A DNA stretch of 64,000 nucleotides from the human T2T-CHM13v2.0 reference genome, Homo sapiens, in the NCBI RefSeq assembly GCF_009914755.1, contig NC_060941.1; one strand, written 5' to 3'. Position numbers and translations under genes: made by a program. The notes below the pieces were generated by a model. The model was given only the letters and a program-made list of their open reading frames with translations, ran no database searches and was not told the DNA's origin. This document shows positions 12,525-26,439 of the stretch, piece by piece. The stretch's first letter is position 1; the number at the start of each line of letters is the position of its first letter.

Positions 12525-13344
12525 GTGTGTCACATCCACGTGCGCATGGCACGTCCATGTGGTGTGAGTGCGTGACATCCATGAGACACATGATAGCCAC
12601 ACAATATGTCTCCCACTCATGAGTGTGTAGCACCCACCATCCCAACAAGAAGTCAAGTCAGTCTGAAAACTTCTAGCATGTGAGAGTGATTGTGTATCAC
12701 TCGGAAGAGAGTATGAGTGACAACTCAGCCAGGCTGCGTCACGTGTGAATGAGCTGGAGTCAAATGTTGACATCGGCCTCCTGCCAGTTACAATCTACAT
12801 GCACTTCCACTATCCTTCCCTGTACTGGAGCCAAGGCCTGTTGGATCCACCAGCTCTTTCCATTACCCCACCCAGGCTCGTGCCTCCATCCTTCCAGGAG
12901 GAAACAAGGACACAAAGGTGGCACACCTGCCTCCCAAGTTCCTCCCTGTCCTCCAGGAGCTGGATCTCAGAGCTGCTAAGACAGAAGCCAAGACACTTGC
13001 ATGGGGATCCTGAGCTGAGGTTGGGGAAGAGAAAGGTACCCAGATATGCTCAGCAAGTTAGGCAGAGACTGAGAAGTTTCATCCAGAGGAGGAGCCATTC
13101 AGGAAGTGGGCACAACTAGCCTCGACATTTCCCTTGAGACTGGAAATACAGGAACACGTGAGACTGTTTAAAGTGGGGTGGTTTGGACAAATCACCTAGC
13201 TTCTCTGAGATGGAAAGAGGTGTACCAAGCAAGAGGAGAGCTGAGATGGAGGAGGGGATAGGAAATGCGGGGGGAAAGTGGAATGAAAATGGAACAGAGC
13301 TGATAAGCCCTACGGAAATTACAAATAGCCTTCCTGGCTTATCC

Positions 13345-13735
13345 AGGGTTCATTCGTTCAATCATTCATTTGTGTATTTATTCAAAAAACACCACTGTGC
13401 TGAGAGCTGGGGAAGGGTCTGAGGACAGATATGAGGAATGTGGTCTGAGCATGGGGACAGGTAGAATCCAGGGTGACAAGTGCCCTAGCCGATGTCTGCA
13501 CTGGCTACACGCAGGGCAGAGAGGAGGGCAAGTGTTTCCACCTGTGGGAGGACGCTCTTGGGCAACATTTCAGGGAAGAGAAAACGCCTGAGCTGGACCT
13601 TGAAAGGCAGATGTGTTTTTCCATGCAAAAGGGAGAGGGAAGATACAGTGTGAAGAGCATTCTGGGAGGGGAACAGGGTGAGCACACACATGGAGACATG
13701 AAACGGTACAGCTCATTTCGGGAATTGAAATATGG
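13345..13735 (-). mobile_element. L2 fragment
   Basis: ttcattcgttcaatcattcatt tail; cctgagctggaccttgaaagg. Confidence 0.7.
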
Positions 13736-13779
13736 CCGGAGCCTGGGACGCATGGGAGCCAATAAATAGACGTCTCCTT

Positions 13780-14050
13780 GTTGCTGGTCTAGCTGGCTGA
13801 CCTTGGAACAAGCTGCTTTTCCAGTTTTGAGCATGTCTCAGTCTGTACAATGAGCGAATCAGATTAGATGTTTCTCAGGGGACTTTCCAGCCCTGGCTGC
13901 TCCTGGAGGGAGTGAGCTCCCTATCAACCAAAATATTCAAGTGGAGAGCAGGCAACCACTGGTGGGATTCTAGCCTTTGATGGACATGTGAACTACATAA
14001 CCTTGAAGGTCCTTTCCAGACCTGAGTTGTCCTGATTCTGGGATTCTGGA
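13780..14050 (+). mobile_element. MIR3-like fragment followed by an L3/CR1 3' end
   Basis: gctgaccttggaacaag...; gtgagctccctatca...aaccttgaaggtcctttccag...tgattctgggattctg. Confidence 0.6.
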
Positions 14051-14539
14051 GCCCAGATGGGGCCTGTGAACTGTGCCAGGCAGCCAAGGATGGTTATGCA
14101 GGACATCTGTTCCCTCCCCTGCATCCCAGGTGAGACCCCTGCTGTTTCATGAAAGTCTGATGTACACACACAGGCTGGCCATTGAATGATTCATTTTCTG
14201 GGGTGAGGCACAGGACTACCTTCCACTCTGCCTAATAAATGGTCAGAAGCCCCCATGGGGCTAAAAGCTGGCAGCTGGCCACTCTAAAGTGATAGAAGCC
14301 AGCTATGGGCTCTGACTTCTGCTATATTAACTCAATATGTATTGGAGCCTCTACTTTGCTGGGCTCAGAAGTTGCTCTGGTGAGACTGTCACTCTTTGGC
14401 AGAAGCCAATGCTCAGTGACAGGTAATGAGCTATCCAGGACAAAAGGAAGGTGACCTGCCCACCAGTCAGAGACCATGACCAAGGGCAACACCTGCCACC
14501 ACTTTTGTCTTGGTCACTGCTCACTCTGGCTGCAGAACC

Positions 14540-14752
14540 AGAGGCAAGTGGTGTGAAGGTACAGAGCAGGGGTGTGGACTGAGGGGGCCGGACTTCCAGC
14601 TCAGCTCTGCCACTTCCTCAGCTTGGGTATGTGGAAGAACCATGTCTTCTCCATAAGCCTCTGTTTTCCTTGCTGTAAAATGGGGATAATCATGACTGTA
14701 TGTACCAAATAAAATAATGGGGTCAGTATTGTGTAAGCTGTCACACACAGTG
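14540..14752 (+). mobile_element. MIR
   Basis: cagctctgccacttcct...gcctctgttttccttgctgtaaaatggggataat. Confidence 0.85.
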
Positions 14753-14762
14753 CGAAGGGGGT

Positions 14763-14875
14763 AAGAAGGGGGGTAAGAGAAGATGCAACTTTCTCCAGGA
14801 AGAACGAAGAAAGCAAAGCCCATGAGAAGATGAGGTGGCAGGGCCTTCCAAGGAGGCAGGCCCATCTGCGCAAGG
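14763..14875 (+). repeat. Dispersed duplication, copy 2 (113 bp)
   Basis: About 91% identical to 12412-12524. Confidence 0.95.
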
Positions 14876-16091
14876 TTAATGCTGGGCTGGGGTTAATGGT
14901 GAGGTTCCCACTTCTAGGTGATATGCAACGAAAATACGTTCTATATGGTTTCAATATAGGCGTCTTTAAAAAATTATTGATTTAAAAATTATTGATTTGT
15001 GAATGACTTTGCAGGAATATATCTCTTGTATCTTGTGCTTGGGAGAGAGAAACAGAGAACCTTTTTCTGTTAAACAGAGGAAGAACTAATAAGCTGCCCA
15101 GCTTTGGGAGCCTAAGACAGGGCTCTCTTGTCCTTAGGGAGCTGAGCATCGAGGTGCAAAGAGCTGGACAGAGGAGTTGTCTCAGGATCAAATGTCAACC
15201 TGTGTGCTAACTATGCTGCCCAGCATGAGGGGAGAGGTGTGGCACCAGGCACGTTCTCGCTATCAGGGTCAGGACATGGCATCAACTGGCTAGGTGTTCA
15301 TCTTCCCTGCCTTTCAGAGTAAATGTATCTCCATGCCTCCCAGGCCTAGGCCTAATATCTGTGGGAGTTGGCACCCCTTGGAGAGGGAATTCCAGATTGC
15401 GGGTACCTGGAGTCTGGTCTGGGGAAGGGGGAATGCTCATGGGCATGGCTCAAGGACTGCTCATGCTATACAGAGGTGCATGGCTGGATGGGGGCCGGAA
15501 TGGGGCCCCGTGAAGCATGGGGTCTGGGTCCTAGGGTGTCTGGTTGCCCCTAGCTTGTGACGGCTTTCTCTCCTCATGGCTGGACCCTGTTGCCCTGTCC
15601 CCAAGGCATTTGCTGAAGTCCCATCCCAGACTTGATGGGCCCTCACTGCTGATCCCCACCTCCAAACTGACCCTTAGGTGCTGAGTTGGAGACCCATCAG
15701 ATCGAGGCCTGATGGGTCACTGTGATCAGGGTCCTGGAACTGCTCCCTGACCCCATTATTTCTCAGGCCTAGAGAAATAGGCCTGGGCAGAGGAGTAGCT
15801 TCCCAGCCTGCTTCTCTGGTTAGGATCAAGTCTTGCTTCAGCATTTCTCAACAATGGGGTCTTATGCTTTGCTGGCATCACTCTGCCAGCAAAACAATGT
15901 TTGCTCAAAATTGAGATGAGCAATGGGGAGGGGGTGAGCAGGGAGCCTGTCCTCTCCTTTATATTCATTCATTACTTTTCTTTTTATCCAACAAATATTT
16001 ATTGTCTGTGATATCTCCAGCACTATGTTAGATACTTGATCTGTGCTCTTCACAGTTTATGCTGACACACTCCTAAATAAATTTGGAACCT

Positions 16092-16593
16092 TGGGATGAA
16101 CTGAATGTTTGCCTCTTCCCCTTCAATTCATATGTTGAATTCCTAGCTCCGGAAGTGATGGTATTTGGAGGTGGAGGCCTTGGGGGATAATTAAGTTTAG
16201 GTCAGGTCATGCGGGTGGAACTATCGTGATAGGATTAGTTTCTTTATAAGAGGAGGGAGAGAGAAACTTCCTTTTCCCGTGCCATGCAAGGACACAGTGA
16301 GAAGGAGGCCCTCTGCAAGCCAGGAGAAGAGCCCTCACCAGGAACTGAATTGGCCAAAATGGATCCTTAATCTTAGCCTTCCCAGTCTCCAAATCTGTGA
16401 GAAAATAAATTTCTGTAGGTAAGACATCCAGTCTATGGTATGGCAGCCTAGGTATGGTATGGAATGGTATGGTATGGTATGGTATGGTATGGTATGGTAT
16501 GGAATGGTATGGTATGGTATGGTATGGTATGGTATGGTATGGTATGGTATGGTATGGTACGGTATGGTATGGCAGCCCAAGAAAACTAAGACA
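16092..16593 (+). mobile_element. MLT1A-type MaLR solo LTR with an internal pentanucleotide array
   Basis: TG...CA ends, aattcatatgttgaa, gagaaaataaatttctg polyA signal, ggcagcccaag...ctaagaca; flanks aacct/cacct. Confidence 0.9.
16451..16570. repeat. (GGTAT)24 microsatellite with 2 GGAAT and 1 GGTAC variant units
   Basis: Counted directly: 120 bp. Confidence 0.99.
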
Positions 16594-17568
16594 CACCTCA
16601 AACATTTATAAACAGCATCTAAATATACTTTGTTTCGTATTTGTGCTTTAAAAATATTTTCACTACAACTTCGGGCTGCAAATTTCCCTTGTTGAGTTTA
16701 TGTAAATTGTCAATCCTACAACCTAAATGGTAAAGCCATCATCATTGTCAGGCCAATCAGCCAATTCAGAATCTTTTTCAGCCAAAAAGTCTGACATTTT
16801 TTCAATTCAAATAAACCCATTAATATGCATCTCTGTGGCCACTTCTGAACGCTAAGAGAGGAGAGAGATGGACACAGGTAATGCAGAGTCCTTGGCACCT
16901 GGCTGCCCTCTTCAGTGGTGCTTGTATTGTGCTTTGTCCTGGGGGTCTTCTTCCTCTGGAGCGATGCATTCTTGTATGGCCCCTTTGGTGGGCACCAAGA
17001 GATGCCCACCCCTCAGGGCAATGTCCCCTAGAGGGAGTGAGGCCTGTCTTTCACTTGTGAAGTGGGGGAAGGGGGCTTTGGAAGGGAGACCTGAGAAGGC
17101 CTGTCCTGGCAGACTCCAGCTACGTGCCCTGGAGACCACGTGGAAACTGACAGTCTGGGAATGGATTCTTTTACCACTTTCTGTGCCTGTGCACCCCTTG
17201 GAAATTCCTCATATACCCTCAGCGGTCTGGGTAAGCCATCAACTTCATCAGTTGAAGACAGCTACACTAGATGATTCCCAAAGCTCCCTTCTAACATACT
17301 AGGATTTGACATCTTGAGCCAAAGCCTATGTTGAGGCTCCACCTAAATCCCAAATCCTCTTTTCCCAACCCCCACACTGCCTGGCTGTGCGACAGTGCCC
17401 TCATGCGCTAGGAGGTTTTCCCTCTAGCAGCAGAAAACTCACACACTACACCACCGTGTGTGTCACTCTCTCCTGAGTTGAATTCTACTATCTGACACAA
17501 TTCACATACACACGAACTCTTTCCAGAATTTAAAAACTGAAATGACACTTGAGGTTACGGAATTGGAA

Positions 17569-17571
<3 letters not shown>

Positions 17572-17601
<30 letters not shown>
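17572..17601. repeat. (CA)15 microsatellite
   Basis: Read directly from the sequence. Confidence 0.98.
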
Positions 17602-17603
<2 letters not shown>

Positions 17604-18587
17604 GCATAAGCAGCCATTCAGGTATTCTGTACACAAAAGTCTCCACATCTGCCTTTCAACTGGTTTTTTTTTTTCTGAACGGCATCAGGCTGGGTGGATG
17701 TAGGCCACACATGCTGTGTAGGCTGACGTTGCTTTCACAATAATGATTAGAAGGTCTCAAATTCCAATGTCAGATGACTTGAGGTGCTAGCTCTTTAAAA
17801 AGAATCCCTCGTTCTACAGAAAACACACACACAGACACATAAACAGACACACACACAGATACACACACTTATTTTATTTTATGAAGCAGATTGTCAAGAG
17901 AAACCTCCGGTGCACACGCTTACCAAGTGCTGCTTCTGTACTCTTGGTTTTCTTTAGGCGGGACAGCCCTGCTGAGCCCTGGATGCTGTATTGTAAAAGG
18001 GAAAGTAGGTCATGGCCACAGGCTGTCAGTCCTCAGCATAAATCAGTTGCAGGGAGATAAAACCTGTCACCCACAAGGAAGTAGGCACGTGGGCACCCAC
18101 ATGGCCACCCTGTCTTCTTCTCTAAGGCTGAGACAACCCATGTTCCTGGGGAATGCATTTTATTACAACCACCAGAATGCCTGGAGCGATTTTTTTTCTT
18201 TGAAGTTAGCAGCTTTTTAAAGGAAAGGTGAAGTTCGTAAAAAGCCATGGATGTTATATAACTACACCATCCATCTTTTATGAGGTTCAGGGCAGGCTGA
18301 ACACCTCCTTGTAATTTACTAAAAGTGGGGACCCCAGAGGCTCTTACTAGGTTTCTCAGCTTCTCTGTGCCTTAGGAAAAGCCGTGGATTTGTGGCCCTG
18401 GCTGGGCCCCTGCAGAGTCCGGCTTGGTGGTAGGCTGGCATGGTGGCTTGTGGGTGATGTGTGGAAGTGCAGCGGCAGACCCTGTGGTGGGAGGTGAGTG
18501 GTTTCAGAGTGGCCCTCTTCTCTGCCCACAGGCACTCTTCTCCTTCATCTCCAGGGTATGAGGAGGGATCCAGTCTTGGATGCTAAT

Positions 18588-18953
18588 TGTCTTGCAGTTC
18601 GTTCAGGCTGCAATAACAAAAGCACCTTAGACTGTGTGGCTTAAACAACAAACATTTACTGCCCACAGTTCTGAAGGTTGGGAAGTCCAAGATCAAGGCA
18701 CCAGCAGGTTGGAAGAGGGACTGCTTCCCATTTCCTAAATGGCATCTTCTTGCTGTATCCTCACATGGTGTAAATGGGAAAAGGAACTCTCTGGTGTCTC
18801 TTTTATAAAGGTAATAATCCTAGTTGTGAGGGCTCCACCCCACGACCTAATCACCTCCCAAAATCTTCCACCTCCCAATGCCATCACATTAGGGGTTAGG
18901 ATTTCAACATATACATCTTGGGGAGGGGGACAACAAACATTCAGACCATAACA
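18588..18953 (-). mobile_element. MLT1A0-type MaLR solo LTR
   Basis: ggcttaaacaacaaacatttactgcccacagttctgaagg...gttaggatttcaacata...aacattcagaccataaca. Confidence 0.9.
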
Positions 18954-19769
18954 CTATGCGTGCCCCTGAGTTCCTCTGTGAGTTCCCCTGTGGGATCTGG
19001 CTGAGGCCAGACACAAAACTGCGGCTGCATCCTTTCTGGTCTTCTCCTGCTTCCTTCGCTCCCTCTCTCCCACAGGCATGTGGCTCTGGTCCCATTTTAC
19101 TTCTTCTCCATTGCACTTGCCTATAGCCCTCTGTTCTGGAAAGCAAGGTTCACTGCTGGACCCTGGGGCATGAGACATAAGACACACACAGCCAGAGATG
19201 CAGGCAGCCACAGTGGCTCATACATCTTCAGTCATAGGAATAACCATATACAAAAGCAAAACCAAACTAGGTCAGTGTGCACCTTCTCCCTCCCCCTTCC
19301 CAGGGTCAGGTAGTCCATTTTAACAGGGGCAACCCACACACAGGGCTCCACTCCTGGCCTCCCTCCCTGTGGGGCTGACGTGGGAGGGAGTTCTCTGGTG
19401 CTGGCAGTGTTCTAGACCAGGCCAGAGGAGAGCTGAGCCAGGATGAGTCATGCATGGGCTGGGAATTGGTGCCTTCCAGCTCTGAGAGTCCCTGCTCTAA
19501 TTCCACCTCAAATCATTTTTGTAATGAGTCACAGTATAAGTACAAATTATTTAAACATAAGTGGTTATGGGAGGAGTGACATGCAGACTAGGAAAGCCCG
19601 TGGGTAACCATAGCTCAGCTCCCTCAGGTAACAGATACCAGCCGGGCTTCTCAGTGAGTGTTCAGAGGAGCCCTCTGTGCTGCCCTGTCTACGTCTTTGC
19701 AGAAGGAACCTGCCCTGGACAGGCCCAGCCTTGGCCTCCATGGAGGCAGCCCTGAACTCTTCTTTGGTG

Positions 19770-20298
<529 letters not shown>

Positions 20299-21045
20299 TG
20301 TAGTGAGTTCAATGGTGTCTCTTCAAAATTCATGTCCACCTGGAACCTTGAAATGTGACCCTATTTAAAATTAGGGTCTCTCTCTTTTATTTATTTATTT
20401 TTTTTGGAATAGCATCTTCCTCTGTGTTGCCCAGGCTGGAGTGCAGTGGCACAACCACAGCTCACAACCTTGAACTCCTGGGCTCAAGTTATCCACTAGC
20501 CTCAGCCTTCCAAGTAGCTTAGACTACAGGTGCACGCTACTACACCCAGCTAATTTTTGTTTTTGTAGGCATGAGGTCTTGCTATGTTGCCCAGGTTGAT
20601 CTTGAACACCTGGGCCCAAGTGATCCGCCTGCCTCAGCCTCCCAAAGTGCTGGGATTACAGGTGCATGCCACCATGCCTGGCTTGAAAATAGGGTCTTTA
20701 GAGATGTAATTAGTTGAGGATTTTGCGACAAAATCATCCTGGATTTAGAGTGGGCTCTAAATTCAATGATGGGTATCTTTATAAGAGAAAACAGAGGGAT
20801 ATTTGGACACAGAGAGAAATGGGCCACGTGTCAATGGAGGGAGAAATTGCAGTTATACTGCCTTGTACAACTCAAGGAACTCCTGCAGCCACCAGAAGCT
20901 GGAAATCTTCCTTAGAGCCCTCAGAGGAAGCATGAGTCTGCCAACACCTCGATTTTGGACTCCTGGCACCAAAATGTGAGACAATAAATTTCTGTTGTTT
21001 GAAGCCACATGTTTTGTGGTAATTTATTATAGCAGCCCTAAGACA
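20299..21045 (+). mobile_element. MLT1B/C-type 3' LTR, interrupted by AluJ
   Basis: aaaattcatgtccacctggaacc...gagacaataaatttctgttgtttgaagccac...gcagccctaagaca. Confidence 0.88.
20385..20683 (-). mobile_element. AluJ
   Basis: Antisense Alu; TSD aaaattagggtct / aaaatagggtct. Confidence 0.94.
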
Positions 21046-21339
21046 GGAGATGAAGGGTTCACTGGCATGCCAAGGACATGATGCAGGGACATGTGAGTGT
21101 GTGGTGGTGTGTACCTGTAATCCCATTTTGATACAGGGACATGAAGAGTTCATAGTCATGCTGAGGACAGTGCTGCTGAGAAGTCCATCATCCGGGCAGG
21201 CCACAGAGCACCATCAGAGCCAGAAGAAGTTATTGTTGGCTTCCAAAAAAGTCCCAAGTGGATGTTAGTGAGGCACAGAATGAGTGCCATCTAGGGCTGG
21301 GCCTGAGGCTGCAGAATGGAGGCCACAGCAGGGTTTGTG

Positions 21340-21850
<511 letters not shown>

Positions 21851-21949
21851 CTAATGCTAACTGACATGGCTGGGGTAAGTCCACGCCTTCTGGGAGTCTC
21901 AGTCTTCTATGTAGCCATCACTCTTGCTCCATCTCTCACTAACCACCAA

Positions 21950-22115
21950 CGAGAACTTTCCCTGTGCCTCACACTGTGGTCAAGGACTTCTCATACACTA
22001 TCTCACTAAATCCTTCCCATGGAACTGGGAGCTATTGTTAACTCATTTTACAAACGATGAAACAGGATTCAAACCCGGTAGGCCTGTGTGGTTCCGAAGC
22101 CAGAGCCACTCAGCA
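21950..22115 (-). mobile_element. MIR
   Basis: ctcattttacaaacgatgaaacaggattcaaacccgg. Confidence 0.75.
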
Positions 22116-22796
22116 ATGTAATAAAGGCGGCTGTTGTTTTCATGGTCACAGGTTTTGTTTTTATTTTTGTTGAAAGCACCATTTCTCTACCTGATTTCAT
22201 TACCACTCGGGCCTGAAGTCACGTGCTGGTGAAGGATCCCACAGGTGAAATCGCAGAGGCTGTGCTGGAGAAACCCTGTGAGAGCTGCACGACGGCACTG
22301 CAAGATTTTTGGACTACGAGGCTGCTCCTTGGATTCACTCACCCGGAGAGACGAGGAGGCTCTGGGACTCCAGGGAGGCTGGCAGTGTGGCCCAGAGCAA
22401 TGTTGAGGCTTTGGCTGCAGGGAGCTGCTTCCTTACTGGTCTCCTGCTTCCTCTGTTGCTGCCCTCTGGGCTATTCTTGACATTAGAGCCAGCAAAGGCA
22501 ACACGCTGCTGCTTGGCTCAAAACTTGCCAGATGTCTCCCATTTCATGCCTAGTAAAGCTGCATGCCTACAACGGCCTGCCATCTCTGTGAGATTTGACC
22601 TCACCTCCTTTTCCATCTCCTGCCCTGTCAGCTCTGGCCAGACTCTCTTCCCTGTTGTTGCTGAACACACCGGGCCCACTCCTGCCTCAGGGCCTTTGCG
22701 TTTGCTGTTCCCTCTGCCTGGAATGTTTTCCCCAACACGGCTCCCCCAACCAATATCCACAAGGCTCACTAATTCCCTTTATTAAAGTCTTTGCTC

Positions 22797-23075
22797 GGCC
22801 GGGAGCGGTAGCTCATGCCTGTAATCACTTGAGATCAGGAGTTTGAGACTAGCCTGGCCAACATGGTGAAACCCCACCTCCACTGAAAATACAAAAATTA
22901 GCCAGGCATGGTGGTGCGTGCCTGTAATCTTAGCTACTCAGGAGGCTGAGGATGGAAAATCATTTGAACCTGGGAGGCGGAGGTTGCAGCGAGCCAAGAT
23001 TGCACCACTGTACTCCAGCCTGAATGACAGAGAGAGACTCTGTCTCAAAAAAACAAACAAACAAACAAACAAAAA
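22797..23075 (+). mobile_element. AluS with a ~32-nt left-arm deletion
   Basis: gcctgtaatc joins directly to acttgagatcagg; (CAAA)n tail. Confidence 0.93.
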
Positions 23076-23080
23076 GTCTT

Positions 23081-23344
<264 letters not shown>

Positions 23345-23849
23345 GTCTTTGCTCAAATATGAACCCTCTCCTAAGAGCCCTGATTAAAATTGTAATCCCC
23401 CGGCCCCAGAAATCCCTGCTCCCATTTCCTGCGTTTGTTTTCTACATAACACTGATTCCATCTGATAGTCTGTATGTTTCACTTATATATTTGTTTACCC
23501 TTATACTCCTTATGGCTTAAGTGAAAACTCTGCAGGACAGAGAATTTGTTTTTTGTCTCTTTTGCTTTCTGCTATACACTCTGATGCCTAGAATACTGGC
23601 ACACAGTAAGAGTTCAATAACTGTTTGTCAAATGAATGAATAAATAAATGAGGATTCTTAAGATCATACAGGGTAATTGGCCTGGGTGCTCAGTGAGTGT
23701 TATTAGCCTTCCCACCCTGCCCCCCACACAAAAGTGATTACAAATTTAGAAGAAGGTTTGCTGAGATCTGGGGAGAGCCATAGAGACATTTGCAAACCAT
23801 CCCAAATTCAAATATTGGGTGGTATTCAGTGTCTACTTACAGTCAGCAC

Positions 23850-24120
23850 TGTGCTTGCTCCCTCCATAAGTTTTCTTCTTTCTAGACTCCAGGCCTTTGC
23901 ACATGCTGTTCTTAAATGTTCCTTCCTCCAGGAAGCCTGCCCTGACTTCCCAAGACTAGGTTAGGCCTCCCTTATCCTTACTTCCCCCCACGCTGCTGCA
24001 GCACAGCATTGTTCTGTATCTGCCAGTTGACTTGCCTGTCAATCCTACTAGACTGTAGGATAAAAGTGAAATCTAAATCTGGCACATAGTAGGTACACAG
24101 TAAAGGTTTGTTGGATGAGT
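23850..24120 (+). mobile_element. L2 3' fragment
   Basis: ttcctccaggaagcctgccctgact...ctggcacatagtaggtacacagtaaaggtttgttggatga. Confidence 0.75.
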
Positions 24121-24984
24121 CTTCAACCCAGGAGCCAAAAACCTTCCCAAATGGACACAGCCTAAGATAGTTGATCTGGATGCTTTGGGCTTATGAGTGC
24201 TGGTCCCATCCCTGCCCTGACCTGAGTCTACAGAGTGAGGGATGCTCCCAAGTTGTTTTGGTGGAGCACAGATGGCTATCACAAAACACTGCCTCCCCTA
24301 CTTCATTCCCAAGATGGAGGTCCCAGGCCAGAGCAGCTTCACACATCAGACCTGTGTGAACCTACAGGTTTTTTTTTGGATCTCAGCTCATTCCAGAGGA
24401 GTTCTTTCAAGCCTGAAATTGCTAATGCTCCTCCTTCCAGACCCTCCAGCCAGTGGCTGCCTTTTGTTGAGGTTGGATAGAGAAAAGCTTCTCTAAGAAA
24501 GCGGCCTGCCAGAGAGATGGGAGATGCTTGGATGCTAGGCAACTGGTCAGAAAGCAAATATTGGCCTCATCTCCAGGGACCCTGCCAGGCACTGTGCAGC
24601 TCAGACGTGGAGTTCTTTGTCTGGATGAGAGTTTGCCATTTAATTAGATTCCCCACCTGATCTGCCTGTGGGGCCATAACAGGCAACGAGAGGCTGTCAG
24701 CATCCCTACCCCAGGCAGCCAGGAGCGGGAAGGAGCTGTAGCATTGGAAGGTAGGGTGGGTCTCCCATCTCCCAATCCTGCGGGGTCCGTGCCCTGCTGG
24801 TTCTTGCTCCACTCCCTCTGGGTGTCTTCCTCCATAAATCAAGATGCTCTTAGGGACCTATTCCCTGTCCTCTCCATAGCCAGCCCTTCCAAGCAAAGCA
24901 AAGCAAACAAACAAACAAAAAAACACCTCAAAGGCAGGATCGTGGCATGCCAATATCTGGTGTTTTTAGCTCTTCAGAGAATTT

Positions 24985-25220
24985 TACCGTTTATGGAGTG
25001 CCTATTACATACTACAAATGAGGCATTGGCATGTACATTATCTCACTTATCACCCAGACCTACCCTGTAACATAAAAATCATAGATCACCTTTCATAGAT
25101 CAGGACACTGAAGCCCAGGCAGCATGAAAGCAGCGTTCATGGTCACACAGCTAGTCAGGGGCAGAACTGTATTAAATCCATGTCTCCTTCATTCCAGTTT
25201 CTTCAGAATCAAACCACATT
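24985..25220 (-). mobile_element. MIR
   Basis: tttatggagtgccta...ggtcacacagctagtcaggggcagaact. Confidence 0.8.
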
Positions 25221-26079
25221 GTTTCTCTTAAATGCCACCCTGTTTTATGAATGGGTTAACTGAGTATTGGGTACTTTATTAAGACTTACAGGATATTGGT
25301 TCTTGAACAGAGGTAGATCCAGGAAAACACAAGCAAACCAATAAGTAAGCTGACTCTAGAGAAGGAGATGCTACCTCTATTCCTTTGCTATTTCATTCAC
25401 GTGGTGGGAGTTCCATTCATGCAATATTCAGCTTTTCTCCTCAACCCCCTTCCTTCTCTGCTCTCACCACATGGGGAGGGCTGTTCCAGCCCTGTGCTGC
25501 CTATGATTGCAGGGGGAGTCCACAGAATTCTGGCATTCACTATTAGGTTAGGAAGATCATTTCCTCATAGATACAAACCATGCCTCATAGAGACCTTATT
25601 AGTCATAAAGATAACATTTTGGCCTATATCCCATTTTATCTTTTCTTGTTTTTCAAATGGTTCCAAACCTGGGCAGGAAAGAGGACTGTATTTATGGGAC
25701 ATTCTTGAAGACTGTAACAATCCTGTGGCCTAATTCCACTGGATTCTACCCAGGACACATGCTCTATGAGCCCACCATGCACACAGATTGTGCCTCTGCC
25801 AGTGGAGATATCTAAGGAATGCATGGCCCCTGTCCTCCTGGGCTTCACAACCAAGCTGGGGAGACACAGCCAAGCCACAAGATGCACCTGGCAATTCTAA
25901 GGCAGCGTACTGGAACACCTTCATGATGCCAGCAGGCAATCGTGGAGGGATCCACTTAAATCAATATTCTAGTTGAGATTTGCTATATATAAATGGAAAA
26001 CCCAATCTCAAAACACTGGAGTACAGTAATAAGTATTCTCCACTTTAACTCCGAACCTACACAAAATAGGATTTATTCT

Positions 26080-26395
<316 letters not shown>

Positions 26396-26439
26396 TCAGA
26401 AAGTCTTCCATGATCTTTCAGAAATTTAGGAAAATCACA

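Noticed and set aside
12412-14875. LTR retroelement bounded by the 113-bp direct repeats
   Set aside because: No TG..CA termini, primer-binding site, polypurine tract or TSD; the interior is ordinary old L2/MIR/L3 DNA
16207-16651. YHTIP / MVWYG repeat proteins
   Set aside because: Translations of the (GGTAT)n microsatellite
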